In this document: piece after piece, positions 1-11,790 of the stretch
Numbering within the stretch: the stretch's first letter is position 1
How the letters are laid out: every line of letters starts with the position of its first letter
NCBI GenBank assembly: GCA_977017645.1
Contig: OZ360229.1
Coordinates: 78,120,001-78,184,000 of the forward strand
DNA: 64,000 nt
Origin: Torpedo marmorata
Taxonomy: Eukaryota
Direction: 5' to 3'
The notes under the pieces: generated by a model
Told to the model about the DNA's origin: nothing
Database searches by the model: none
What the model saw: the letters and a program-made list of their open reading frames with translations, nothing else
Program-made: the position numbers and the translations under genes

Positions 1-215
1 TGATCTGAGCTATCCACATCAAATGGCAACTTCCTTCAATGTTAGACCATAAGACCATAGTCTTTCAAAAATTGCATAACCATTGAGCATGCCATGTTAA
101 ACAGTCCTCTCTTTTCAGAGTCAATCTGTCCCTAGAGGAAATTGAAGAGAAAGAATGACTAGAAAAACACTTCCCAAAAGCTAGAGTTGTGAAGAACCTA
201 TCTGGAGCAAAAGAA

Positions 216-356
216 ATGGAACACGAGGCCAAGAAGAATAAACGTTCAAAGAAAGCTGCAGATCCACCAGTGCAGACTTATTTACCGTGGTCCGTTTTTA
301 ATTTGCTGTGTTGCTGTTTTCCAATTGGACTCGCTGCAGTGATTTTCTCCCGTAAG
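216..356 (+). CDS. CD225/dispanin (IFITM-like) membrane protein, first coding exon
   Basis: ATG at 216 in good context (gaaATGg). Encodes [47 protein letters not shown], with the CD225 pattern P..YL.WS.F..L.CC...G..A..FS.K. Ends at a phase-0 donor AAG|gttagt, the intron position typical of IFITM genes. An upstream acceptor (cttttcag, 118) suggests the exon starts at 119. Confidence 0.8.
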
Positions 357-897
357 GTTAGTGTTCCTTCGCCAATTCCTTCATGAAACGTGACTATGTA
401 AGGAATGAATGGAAATTGAATCCATATCCATGCTCTGCAGCATAATCAATCAATATAAGATGTCTATGAGATCTCTTGCAATTTACACAGTTAGATCACT
501 TGGAACAATGTTTTAAGAACATTTAGTCAAGGCATACAACTTAGTCTTTGAATTAACGTATACAGGTTTAATGGCTGAACCTTGGTCAAATATTCTTCAT
601 CCTTAACCATCAATTTGATTCTTAAATGTTCACATGGTCTTCAGTTCGATGGAGTATGGTGGATAAATTGTAAATATTCTGTTTTTGGTCAGCGGTGACT
701 CCCCAAGTTTGTTGATGGTGAAGATAATTCTTCAATAAACACTAAGCAGGCATGGGTGTATTGGATATTCAGATAAGTTACATGCAGATCACAGTATGCA
801 CTATCTTTCAATGATTGTTATTTACATAGGAATTTCAGTGTGTATGTGCATTGTACTTTTGTGTATGACAATAAACTCATTATCATTTTGCTTTCAG

Positions 898-1059
898 GCC
901 AGCAATTACCTTGACAATGGAAACAAGGAGAAAGCCCATAGTGCATCAGTGACTGCCAGGAAATTGAACATGTCAGCCACTGCAACGGGAATATTTCTTT
1001 TAGTTATACTATTAATTTTTGCTGCTCTTGGTGGCATGAAGGTCTTAACTCACACATAA
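898..1059 (+). CDS. CD225/dispanin (IFITM-like) protein, last coding exon (100 aa total)
   Basis: Acceptor ttttgctttcag|GCC, in phase with the first exon. Encodes ASNYLDNGNKEKAHSASVTARKLN (CD225 G...A...S..A..LN loop) plus a hydrophobic helix GIFLLVILLIFAAL, then TAA. Confidence 0.8.
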   Translation, partial: ASNYLDNGNKEKAHSASVTARKLNMSATATGIFLLVILLIFAALGGMKVLTHT

Positions 1060-1519
1060 AATATTGCCTTTTCAAATCCATGTTACAAAGGATTCTTCCA
1101 TTTGAAGGAAAGATCCCCATTCCACTTATTGTACCATATAGGTAACCTTATGAAGTATATTGTATCCACATCTAATCTAGCTTCCAATTTTCTATAAGGT
1201 ACACGATAAAGTAAAACAATGACTTGCACAAGTCGAATGAATTTTCTGTCTACCAGTGTCTCAGTGGGAAGTGGCAGAGGCAGGAAGAAAACACCCTGCT
1301 TCATCATCTCTGGTTATTATCTACAGATTTGGGGAATTTTCCTTTGCATTGGGTAGTAAATGTAACACAAAGAAAGGAAGGAGAAATGGAAAACTACTAA
1401 CCTGTTATCTTAGCATCATTGGGATCTTCCATGGTGAAGGATGTAACTACAGCTTGAAAATAATAACTAGATTGAACAGAGTCAGCATGGGCTTATGAAA
1501 TAGAAGATTAAGTTCAATA

Positions 1520-2219
1520 CAGTAAAACCCCTGGTATCCGGCACCTATGTGGATTGATAGATGCCGGATAAGTGTATTTTCCGGTTGCTTGAGACTTACT
1601 CTTACAATGCCTAACTAATACACCTGCATTAAGAATAAACAGTTTAAAGGACAAAAATACTGTACTTACACTGAATGAACTACACTTGCATGAATATATA
1701 AACCTTAAAGCATTTAACTTTATTTTCAGTCACATTCTTTGAAAACATTTAACCGTTGCTGCATCTGCAGGATCCTCTCCCTCCAGGGAGTTGCCCAAAA
1801 GACGAACAATTACATTATAGATAATTAACCCGCCCCCACCTAAGTTTACAGATAAAGCCTCTGACTGGGGCGATCTTACTAAGCAGGGATAAGGAGACAA
1901 TTTAAGAGAGTCATCCCAACTTTGAGCGGCATCAACCAGCTCTTCATCCTGGGCGACACCATTGCTGTTTCACACAACTTTATTCAAACAGCTGCTACGA
2001 GCAAACCACGACCACTGGTGGAATATTTGCTCCCATCTTCACCAAAGGTTTATGTATTACTTCGGAGAACATTTACTTTTACAATTTTAAGCGTACGTAT
2101 TTTTTACTTATTCATTTTATTATTTACCTTATTTAATTAAAAAAATTATTTCCTCGATTATTTTGCCAGTTGCTTGAGGCTGCCGGTTGATTGAATTCCG
2201 GATACCAGGGGTTTTACTT
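1520..2219. mobile_element. Non-autonomous Tc1/mariner (Tigger/pogo-like) DNA transposon, 700 bp
   Basis: TIRs CAGTAAAACCCCTGGTATCCGG and CCGGATACCAGGGGTTTTACTT (1 mismatch), TA on both flanks, subterminal CCGGTTGCTTGA motifs, no transposase ORF. Confidence 0.85.
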
Positions 2220-2234
2220 TATATATATTTCACT

Positions 2235-2600
2235 CAACTTATCTACTGGAGTTTTTGAAGGTGTGCAGGGAGTAAATATGGTGTACTTGCCTCATTAAAG
2301 TCCATGTAGACAATGTCTACCACCCTGCTATCATTGATCTTCTTGGTCAACTCTTCGAAAAAAAAAAATAAAATTTGTGGAACACGGTTTCCCATGCACA
2401 AAGCCATGCAGACTATCCCATAGCAGACCTTCCTTTTCCCAATGCTCACAGATTTGGTCTTTCAGTACCCCCTCTGGTAACTAACCCGCCAATGATGTTC
2501 AGCTCACCGGCATGTTGTTCCCTGGATTGTCCTTGCAGCCTTTCTGAAATAAAGGTCGAATATTTGCCACCTTCCAGTCTTCCGGCACCTCACCGCTTGG
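2235..2600 (-). mobile_element. CR1 LINE RT fragment (decayed)
   Basis: Minus-strand translation FFEELTKKINDSRVVDIVYMDF resembles the CR1 RT motif FFE.VT..ID.G..VDV.YMDF. Confidence 0.65.
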
Positions 2601-3466
2601 TCACAATGAACCAAAGACACTGCCTTACTTTTCGTGCACTATTATTTATATTTTTTTATAGTAATGTCGTAAGATGGTTATAATATGAATTTTTACACTA
2701 TGATGCTGCCACAAAACATGCCACACAATTGAGGATATCCATTGTTGGATTCTCTGCCATTTCCTTCAAGCTCATCAGCTTCTGGTAGCAACTTACTATA
2801 AAATATAGATTGCAGCTCGAAGGAGGTAAGAGACCACTGTCATTATGTCCAGACAGGTCCTGAAGATATATATCACTGCCATTGGGTTCCATTGTTAATC
2901 CTCTTCTCGGTCACTTGCTCTGGGTCTGGTGTGCCTTCCTGTCATGGTCACCACACAATGTCCTTCCTGAAAACAACCTACCTGCCCACTGACACAGTGG
3001 CATGAATTCCCAAGTCTCTCCTTTGCCAGCTCCCAGGATTGGTGTGCGCCGATGGGTCGGAGAGGAAAGGATGCTCACCAAGTGACACGATTAAAATGAA
3101 GCTCAGCAGTAGCTTGCCCTAGACACGGGAATCTCCAGTCACAAGCCTCACATCCATTTTGAGTAAAGCAGCATCATAATACCCATGCCTTGACTCATTG
3201 GGTCAGACTGTGGTCTTGTTGACATTCTCAAAAGGAACTCTCTGTACGTGGTTAGTGTGAGGTTTAGAAACAGCTGCAACCATTTTGTTAAGTCCTGTCT
3301 TTCCTGACAGTCACCCAAAAACAAACATAAAAACTGCAGATGCTGGAATCTTGAGCAACCAACGAGAAGCTGGAGGGACTCAGCAGGTCAGGCAGCGTCC
3401 GTGGAGAGAAATGAACAGGCAACATTTTGGATCATAAAAGGGACTCAGTCAGAAATGTTGACTGTC

Positions 3467-4343
3467 TGCCAAAAGTAGGGCTACATAAATCAAGATTAAA
3501 ATGGGAATTAGATTTAAATATTAATATAGCTCAAAAACATTGGGAGGATTTATGTAAGTTAAGTATGACTAAAGTTATTAATGTTAGGTATAGATTGGTA
3601 CAATATAATTTTTTTCATCAATTATACTTAACACCAAAAAAATTAAAGAAATTTAATTCGACATTGTCAGATTTGTGTTTTAGATGTAAGAATGAAGTAG
3701 GTTCTTTTGTTCATTCTACATGGTTATGTCCTAAGATTCAAGATTTTTGGTTTAAAGTTAAGGATTTTTTAGAGAGTTTTTAATGTTAGGTTTCCATTGG
3801 ATCCTATGTTATTTCTATTTGGAGATATTAGAAAATTTAGTATTAGGAATAGATTGAATATGTATCAGGTAGAATTTTTACGTATTGTTTTAGCGGTTTC
3901 AAAAAAATGTATCGCTATTACTTGGAAATCAGATTTAGATTTGAATTTAGATAGATGGCATGCAGAACTTCGTTCATGTATTCCTTTGGAAAAAATTACC
4001 TATAATTTACGGAATAAATATCATTTATTTTTAAAAATTTGGAGCCCATATATGAGGGTTATGGGTTTGAGGATTTGAAATTTTTGGAAACTAGATCTAT
4101 TGGCGAGTTTAACCTCCAGATTAGAATTAGTTCTTAGATGGCTCTCTCCTCATTATTAATCTCTTTCTCTTTTTTTCTTTATCTGTTTTTATTTTTAGAA
4201 TAGTGGGATTGGGGGGGTTGGGGAGGGGTGGGAGGGAGTGGGGGGAGGAAATTTATATCACTGTATTTTGGAAATTATATATTTTGGATTTTGAATTATG
4301 TATTATGTGATTTAAAAAATTTAAATAAAATAATAATAAAAAA
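3467..4343 (+). mobile_element. 5'-truncated L1-clade LINE (ORF2 C-terminus, 3' UTR, poly-A)
   Basis: C-terminal zinc knuckle CFRCKNEVGSFVHSTWLC, G-rich 3' UTR, AATAAA and A-tail. 14-bp TSD AAATGTTGACTGTC at 3453-3466 and 4344-4357. Same family as 23374-27794. Inserted into a Penelope-type terminal repeat (~3320-4410). Confidence 0.9.
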
Positions 4344-5274
4344 AAATGTTGACTGTCCATTTCTCTCCATAGATGCTGCCTGAACTGCTGAGTCCCTCCA
4401 GCCTCTCATTGTTTGCTCTTGTAACCCAAAGTGACATTATCCAAGGTTTTAGCCCAGAGGAAAACATTTATTTCCCAACAACCAATAGGAAGGTGGACAA
4501 ATACATTTATTCCTTCAACTGGAGACTGCTTCAATCGTTGTGGGTGTTTGTGCTGGAAGACAATGCTGGAGAAGAGCAGAGGAGTACAGAATACCTGAAA
4601 ATGTCCTGGTAGCAAATTGGGACTGAAGTGAAAGCTGTGGATGAGGTTTGTGGGTTGCAGTTTCACAGAGGTTGTCAATGACCCTGATAACCAGGGTGAG
4701 CTTACAAAGGTATATGGCACGGCAGCCTCTAACTATTCGCGTCACATTTTGGATTCAAGTCCACTCCAGGACTGGAACACACAATCTTTGTTTGCCCTTC
4801 AATACAGTCTAGGGAGCGTACTGCTCTGTCAGCGTGCTGAACGTTGGTCAGGATGGAACACAGGTGTTCCAGAGCAAAGTTAATGGAAAAAGAGGGAGTT
4901 CTCCAGGCATTTGGCCAAGATCAGCACTGAGCAAATACTTCAAAAAGGGGGTTGATGAGTTACTAATTTCAGTACACTGGGATCTGTCTGTGCACTGCTC
5001 CCACCTCCGGCTGCTTGCAAGGCTTGTTACAAGTGAAGCACTCTGAATTGTTCTGAAGAGCACCAAACTGAAAGGCTTGTATTTCTACAGCACTGTTCAC
5101 ATCCCCAGGGTGTCCCAAACTCACGAGCATCTTTTAGAAGTCTAGTCACAATTATAATAAAGGAAATGCAACATCCAATGTGCATACGAGATCTCAGGCA
5201 CAGAATGGGAGTATGAGGACCAAATGTAGTAATGCTCATCAAGGATAGACATTGACCTGAACACCTGGAGATCT

Positions 5275-5685
5275 TAGTAAATTGGAGGAGCAACACCTAA
5301 TTTTCCATCTCGGCACTCTCCAGCCGGATGGCATTATTGTCGACTTCTCTGGTTTCTGCTAGCCTACTCCCCGTTCTCCCTCTCTTCTCCATGCCTGTCT
5401 TCTTTCCTCCAGTTCTCCACCCCTTCCCTCTCCATTCACAGCCATCCCCCCACCACTTGTTTGCTGCTGTGCCCTCCTTCCCTTATCCACCTATTACCTC
5501 CTGCCTGTAGGACTGTGCTCCTCCCCTTGCCCCCCCACCCACCATTTTGTTCAGGCACCTGCCCACATTTTGTCCATACTTTGATGAAGGGTTCAAACCT
5601 GATACGTTGGTTATGTATCTTTATCTTTGCTATATGAAGCACATTGTTTGATCTGCTGAGTTTCTCCAGCATTGTGTTTTTACAC
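5275..5685 (+). mobile_element. Penelope-like element 3' fragment
   Basis: Encodes KLEEQHLIFHLGTLQPDG (end of the GIY-YIG region), then a C-rich tract and a degenerate hammerhead-like motif at ~5575-5615. Confidence 0.7.
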
Positions 5686-7009
5686 CTGGAGATCTCCAGG
5701 CTCTTGTTTAGGCAGAGAGAGGGACCTTTCTGTCCACTCAAGGGAGCAGACCTCAATTTAACATGGAATCCCAAGGACAACTAAGGGCCAAAACAGAGGC
5801 CGACTCCGCTCAGGTTTCTGGAGTAGGCCTGTGACATAATTACAATTGTTTTCTATTTAGTATATCCCCTGGAATTTGAATTGGAACCATTTTCCGTCAC
5901 CCTTACATCTTGTGAGCACTTCCCAGGCAATAGTATTGCTGGTCGGCGTGTGTGTTGGCAGCCACCTATCATTTTACCCCCCTGGGACTGAATTGACAGG
6001 CACTTGCATTCAAGAAACACCAGCGGGGAACAAAATCCAAACTCTGTGCCTTCCATTGTTGTTTGTGGATGTTCTTTCCCTGCTGGTGTTGAGACAGAAT
6101 GGCCAAAATTTTGAATATTATGAATTTTTCAAAAATCAAAAATGGCGACGGAGTGTGGCGACTGCTTTGCGATGTCTGCAGAGCACGCAAAACTACAATT
6201 TTTCACTGTATCTCGGTACATGTGACAATGAACCAAACTCGAAGCCAATTGCAGTTGACACTGCTCAAGTGAGATGCCTGCTTGTCTGTCCCTTTCAGCC
6301 AGTTTACCTGACTCTGCACCAGTATACACTGCTTAAATAATACGATGCTGCAAAAATAAAAATAACTACTAACATTTTAGAAGTTTTCCTTTAAATTGTG
6401 TCCCCGTATACTGATGGGGAGATAGTTCCTCTTGCAGCGGTTTGTATCATCTCTAGGATGCAGAGCAGCAACTCACCGAGACTCCTTAGACAGCACCTCC
6501 CAAATCCACCCCCTCTGCCAGCAAGAAGTTGAGCAAAAGTACAGGAACATCACTGCCTGCAAGTAGTCCTCTAAACCACACCTCCAAATATATCACCGTT
6601 CCTTCATTGTCACTGGGTCAACATCCTGGAATTCCCTCCCTAACAGCGTTGAGAGTACACCCACACCTCAAGAACTGCAGTGGTCCGAGATTACAGCTCA
6701 CTGCCACCTTCTCGAAGGCAAGTAGGGTTGGGCGATTAAATGCTGGCTCAGCCTACGAAGACCACATTCCTTGAATGATACAATAAAACAATGGAAAATA
6801 CTTTAACGTCTCTGTATATTAAAAGTTTTGATTTGTGGTGTCTCTTCCACTGATGTAGGTTAGCTGGTACAGCAATGGTTGCACCTTATGAGGAGTCATT
6901 CCCAAGATTGATTTCCCAACTGCCCGACCTGAGCCAACTGGTCTTCAGTCACAGCTACCAGTTCCCTCGGCTGATGGGGAAAGCTAGTCTAAAACAAGGA
7001 CACAGCAAT

Positions 7010-9292
7010 TCATCATATTTTGTAGTTTTTATTGAACACAAGTATCTGACATAATGCAAAGTCAAAAATCTTGGTTAGTAGTCAGTATTTACACCAGTGA
7101 TAGTGGAAAGGTGGTTTAATCCCCACAATAAAAAGTTCTGCAATAGGAGAGAGGGTGCTAAGTGTAGGGTATTCTGGTTAGGGGTGACAGAGGAGGCTCG
7201 AGACTTTAGTCCTGCTTGTGATCTACGGAGGAAGTGCAGCCTTTGAGTTTATCACTTTGAGGTTGTTATCTGCTCAGGGCACAAGGGCAGAGCTTCTCCA
7301 CTCGCTAGCTGGTGATTTTCTGCAGGGAACGTCACAGGTGAGGGCGCTGGTGGAAAGCCTTGGCCAGTGCACCTCCTATCTTCCTGGGGATCTAGGGGAG
7401 GGGCAACTCTTACTACGTTAGAAGCAAAGCAATAAAGGTGTTCTTTTTAAATGCACTTCTTTTTTTTAACTAGAAGCAACACAGGAGAAAATCATCTGCC
7501 TTGAGAATTACACTTGAAATTTGTTCATTGATACAGTTAAGACAATATTTATTCCTTTTGCTACGAGATCATTGCATGCTTGCAATTATCTGTGTAAACT
7601 TGGTCCCATGACAATGCCAGCACAAATATTAAAGCAAGTGACAGGTTAGATGTCGCTCAATAATGATATTGGGAAGGGCTTGATTTAAGGCAGCATTGGA
7701 ATAAAAATGGCATTTATTTTTGCTGTGTTGCTGGAGTAGTAAACAAGTCCAAAAATTATCTGCTGCAGCCTTGTCACATCTGTACAGAGGCCAACCTTGG
7801 TGATCAAATGCCTGGTTTAGTAGGTGCCCCCAATGTCATCCCTAAAATTGAATATATGCAAACACGAAGCAAATGACAAGACCAGTATTTCACAGTTTGA
7901 ACTTACAAATTAGCAATGCGTTCATTACTGGACTGAGACTGCACACAAAATTAAAGGACATAAAAGATTAATACCCCATTGGATTGTGCTAATGGGGAAT
8001 GCTCCCAGTCTAACCATTTTTAAACATTACAGGCAATAAAAGTTATAACACATGGAATTCATGCCCAAACAGAGTTGCCTCACCTTATTTCTGTTTAAAT
8101 TTACCCACCCAGTGACGGCATTATCCCACACAATCTTCAGAACTACCTGCTACACCTTTCACAACCAAGCTATGTTGAGTTTCTTTGAAATACTAATGAC
8201 AAAAACACACTATAATATTCACGCATTCACAGTGCACAAGCTTGCATTTAAAGTTGAAGCAATGCTTCCAAAACAGAAATGAGCTACATATGCCTTTCAC
8301 AGCTGCAAGAATGTTTTGCAGCAGAAACAAGCAAGAACAATTAACATAAATGTATATCAGACTTTAATGGCATAAACTGGTCTTAATATGATGTGAAACC
8401 AGATGGCATAATTCAGGACTTTAATTCTGACAGCAGATCAGATAAGCAATGTATTTCTAACAAAAAAATAACGGGAAGGTTACGTCAACACTTCCATTCA
8501 ATAAAAATATCATGACAAAAGCAAGCTAAACTATCGTCATTTTGAACAGGCTTTGAAAAAAACAAATACAAAGCCTGTAAATTTACATACAATTAGAACA
8601 GGTAAAGGTTAAACAATTATGGTTTGCAGTCTTAAACCAATAAACACTGAAAATAAAAGTTGGCAAAAATTAATATTCCTTTCATAAAATTGAATACTGC
8701 AAATTGAAATATACTTCACATATGCAAATTTACAAACCTTCTGTTTAGTCAAAAGCTAACTCAGGATCAAAACTTGCAAATAAAAAAAAATATAAACATA
8801 GGTTAAGATAGCAATGCTTTGTGCACGTAATGTATTGTCTGAACAGTGAAGCAATCACATTTCTAGCCTTACAACAGTAATTTATAAAGCTGTGTTTTAA
8901 TCGGTATTCTTAACTTTGAAAAAAAGAGGATAAAAATCAGTTGTGGCTGTTTTTCCAGGTATGTACCGAAAACTTGGTTTAACTTGAGAATCTATAACAT
9001 AGGAATAAACTGAAGGCGTTTCTCAGTGGTTTTCTAACTGAAGAACTCACACATTATCTACAAATCACAATCCTTACTAAGCGCAGTGAAAAATGATAAC
9101 TACAATTAAAGTACCCAGGTAATTTTCTTTACCAATTTTAGTCGCATGGTCAACCCCTTAATGAAAGAATTTTACAAAAAGCAAGTGTGCCACAATTGAT
9201 CCTCTTCTGAGCTGAAGTCTACAAACAGGAAAACATGTTCAAAAATAATAAAAGAAGACACCAAAGAGGAAGTGGTTTCTGGTTTGTTTTGA
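7010..9292 (-). other. NCAM1: NCAM1 3' UTR (approximate extent)
   Basis: U-rich on the minus strand and free of recognisable transposons between the stop codon and the AATAAA; the end is inferred. Confidence 0.55.
7028..7033 (-). terminator. Candidate distal poly(A) signal of NCAM1 transmembrane isoforms
   Basis: AATAAA on the minus strand at the end of a stretch with no recognisable repeats downstream of the stop codon. Pumilio element TGTAAATA at 7086-7093 (minus). Other AATAAA at 7548-7553 and 7713-7718. Confidence 0.5.
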
Positions 9293-9392
9293 TCATGCTT
9301 TGCTTTCATTCTCATTTGTTTGTGTGGCTTCATTAGGAACCGTCTTTACTTCTGATCCTTCTTGCTTGGGCTTCTCCTCTAAGGGGACCTTC
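9293..9392 (-). CDS. NCAM1: NCAM1 terminal exon 19 (cytoplasmic C-terminus)
   Basis: Acceptor cttcacag|G, then KVPLEEKPKQEGSEVKTVPNEATQTNENESKA-stop, matching the NCAM1 C-terminus EVKTVPN.ATQT.ENESKA. Phase fits exons 17 and 18. Confidence 0.95.
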
Positions 9393-10055
9393 CTGTGAAG
9401 CAGAAAGTGATTAAGAACATGAATAACCAAGAAATGGCACCAAGAGAAGGCATCCAGCAGTGGTATCTTGCAGCATATACTCCACTGGGGTGACAACCAT
9501 TTGTACATGAAACTAAACTTTGATGGGAAAATCGTACAAAATGTGGAAACCTTTTCTTGTCACCAATTTGTATCTTCTTTCCTTCATAACTGCAAACTAA
9601 CAATACGTGTAACCAGAAAGACATCACCACGACTCACAACTTTCCATGGATCTTCAAAGTTCCTTTGGGACTGAACAAGGTTGATCCCCTAATTAGGGAA
9701 GAATTAGGTCACATTTTCAAAATCGTCATTTTGCATGCATTTATGCTGAACGGTTTCACCAAATATACAGAACTGTTTCCAAAGAATAAGGCACCCGAGC
9801 ACTCTATCCCAAAAGATAAACTGAAGCATAAGCATGCTTAACAGATGAAAGCAGCACAAAGTAAAGACTGGAAGGAATCGTGGCTATGGAAACTGCACAA
9901 TTAGCAGATAATAAAACAAATGAAGCACCTGCCAGTTAGTGCAATTGAAATATTGAGCTGTTTTACCATAGTTTCACCATGACCCAGGGAGAGGGGAATT
10001 CTGAATTCCAGATTACACCAGCACTACCTGGCAAGAATTACTGGGAAACAAAGTT

Positions 10056-11078
10056 GAAACTAGCTGAATCTTGCCAGTTCATTACATTTTCATCAGACAA
10101 TAATTAGACAAACGTTATCACTTGCAACCTGCTGAGCTTTTCTGAGAAGATAGCAGGGGTCCACTTTTGTTTGCATCAATGACATCTGTGGCTCCCATCT
10201 GGGGCTATTCTGGAGGAGCTCTGCAGCTGGGGGCCACTCAGAGGAAGCTTCACATTGCACTGCCTCGCTTCCCCCACAGGTAGAGCCCATGACACCAGCT
10301 TCACGGCAGCTGAGGAGCAGGGACACAAGCGGCTGGAGTGGCCGGCTCAGATTGCTGCTTCCAGCCCGAGAGACGAATTTCCCTTGTGCTACGGTACGAA
10401 ATGTGACCTAAATTCCAATTTCTAACGATCCCACAACTCATTTTCCCTGTCAATGACCTTCAAACAAATTGACCACAAAGTAAACATTTCAAATAACGTT
10501 TCCAAGTGAGATCTTGTATCACTTGGTTCAGAGTTGGATATGCCACCTTGCACTTCCGGTCGGCGATCATCTTCCACATGGCCGATCATCTGAATGTTCC
10601 CAGAGTCTTTCTGCAGCACGGTTGGGGCAAATCCTGTCTCTTCATGGACAAGATGAAGGGAAGGCTTGAGCAGATCTCAGCGTTGAAGACCCACCCACAT
10701 TCTTGCATTGTTGTGTCTGTGCACAAGGTGCCTCCGCTGCTGACGACTGGACAGGTACCGGTAGAGTCACAGGGAAGGGAGACAAGGAGCCATCATGCAG
10801 AGCCGGTTCATGCTGAAAGAGCTGCTGTCAGTCAGTGCCCCCAGGACAACGCTAAGTAAATCTGGCCAGATGGTGGAAGTTCTGGACTGCCAGGAACTCA
10901 GAGTTCACAAGAAGTCCATCAGGAAACTAGCTGAATCTTGTCAGTTCATTACATTTTTCTTAGGCTACAATCAGACAAAGGTTATCACTTCCAACCTGGT
11001 GAGCCTTTCTGAGAAGATAGCAGTGGTCTATTTGCATCAATGACATCTGTGGCTCCCATCCGGGGCTATTCTGGAGGA
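10056..11078. repeat. ~160-bp imperfect direct repeat (10056-10217 and 10923-11078)
   Basis: Both copies run GAAACTAGCTGAATCTTG...TTCTGAGAAGATAGCAG...TTGCATCAATGACATCTGTGGCTCCCATC.GGGGCTATTCTGGAGGA. Confidence 0.85.
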
Positions 11079-11594
11079 ACATGTGCAGTGTTCCACACGT
11101 GCAGTGGCCTGATCTTCTACTTCCATTCTCAGACCTTGGCGGCTTCTGCAGGTGCTGCAGTAGAAATGGTCGCATGGATCGTCAGACCCTGCATCGTGAG
11201 CACCTGTGCACAGGAAACACACTGGCACTGCGTGGGTCCCAAGTCCTGCCCAACCCTGTGCCAGGCTGACTCTAGATTTCCTCCTGCTCCTTGACATTCC
11301 ATTGAAGCTTCCTGGGGGATTCCCAGCTCCCCGAGAATCTCAACGCATGGTCCCGTCGGCCTTTGTTAGCTTCCTGCCTCATCATAGTGTCCGCAGCAGA
11401 ACCTGTGCGACACTCCTCCCTCCTGCATCATCCTTCTCTGTCGTCTCCAGCAGCCGTGCTCCACATTCAGTTTTTTGGGATCTGAGCTGGTCATTATGAC
11501 CGAGGAATCCAGGAATGGTTTGTCTGACCTCATCAATGTTGCTCTCAGCTGACTGACCCAGGGTGCATTTCCTGGGCTATCTGAGCAGGACTAT

Positions 11595-11790
11595 GATGTG
11601 GAAAGGGTGGGGGGGGGGAGTGTGGGGTGCACCTCCCACAGAAGACAGGGGTTCCAATAAATGGAGGGGTAAGGGGGTGGGATGTTTGGAGTGAACCTCC
11701 CATGGAAGACGGGTTCCAAAGGATGGAGGGGTGGGGGGAGTTTGGAGTGAATCTCCCACAGAAGACAGGGGGCCCAATTGATGGAGGGCA
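11595..11790. repeat. G-rich minisatellite, about 3 copies of a ~58-bp unit
   Basis: Unit GATGGAGGGGTGGGGGGAGTTTGGAGTGAA.CTCCCACAGAAGACAGGGG.CCAA recurs three times. Confidence 0.8.

Noticed and set aside
156-158. TGA as a selenocysteine codon in the dispanin gene
   Set aside because: No SECIS element recognised downstream, and I know of no selenoprotein in the CD225 family.
4373-6774. Many short ORFs between the dispanin gene and the NCAM1 3' end
   Set aside because: No recognisable domains or consistent splice sites; they overlap decayed repeats.
11595-11790. CRISPR-like repeat array
   Set aside because: Vertebrate context, units are degenerate over their whole length, and there are no unique spacers or cas genes.
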